This document shows, piece after piece, positions 37,539-37,584 of a stretch of 37,584 nucleotides of DNA; position 1 is the first letter of the stretch, and each line of letters opens with the position of its first letter. The stretch lies in sequence record SRR20825010_4175; one strand, 5' to 3'. A program made the position numbers and the translations under genes. A model generated the notes under the pieces. It had not been told where the DNA came from. It searched no databases and saw only the letters and a list, made by a program, of their open reading frames with translations.

Positions 37539-37584
37539 GGGCGATTAGCTCAGCTGGTTCAGAGCACCTCGTTTACACCGAGGG
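37539..37584 (+). tRNA. tRNA-Val(TAC), 5' part, truncated by the window end
   Basis: GGGCGATTAGCTCAGCTGGTTCAGAGCA D-arm; anticodon arm CCTCG-TTTACAC-CGAGG. Confidence 0.95.

Noticed and set aside
1..37584. CRISPR array, IS/transposase, integrase, prophage or defence system
   Set aside because: No spaced direct-repeat array and no ORF with the relevant motifs was seen

Overview
AT-rich window from a Flavobacteriaceae (Bacteroidota) chromosome, judged from T9SS cargo genes, TAnnTTTG promoter boxes and gene content. From about 5.7 kb onward it is mostly housekeeping: lipB, lysS, hemL, a glucosaminidase-LysM hydrolase, a D-cysteine desulfhydrase-like enzyme, rnhB, a porin, an acyl-CoA dehydrogenase, anmK, a Glu/Leu/Phe/Val dehydrogenase, nhaD, exbB-exbD-tonB, folC and tRNA-Val. 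Three T9SS-secreted proteins are interspersed among these. The ORF track missed two genes: the 5' part of a large repeat-containing surface protein (1380 to <1) and a 52-aa Pmp3/YqaE membrane protein. The most interesting part is the accessory block at 1-5.7 kb. It holds a TPR histidine kinase and a REC-LytTR regulator flanked by candidate small RNAs. One candidate lies just downstream of a 21-bp-spaced LytTR-type direct repeat, and two elements share a GGGG-loop hairpin. Two genes, the kinase and folC, appear to lack a canonical start codon at their natural N-terminus (ATT and ATC respectively). I saw no CRISPR array, IS element or prophage. All calls come from reading the sequence by eye, with no database searches.
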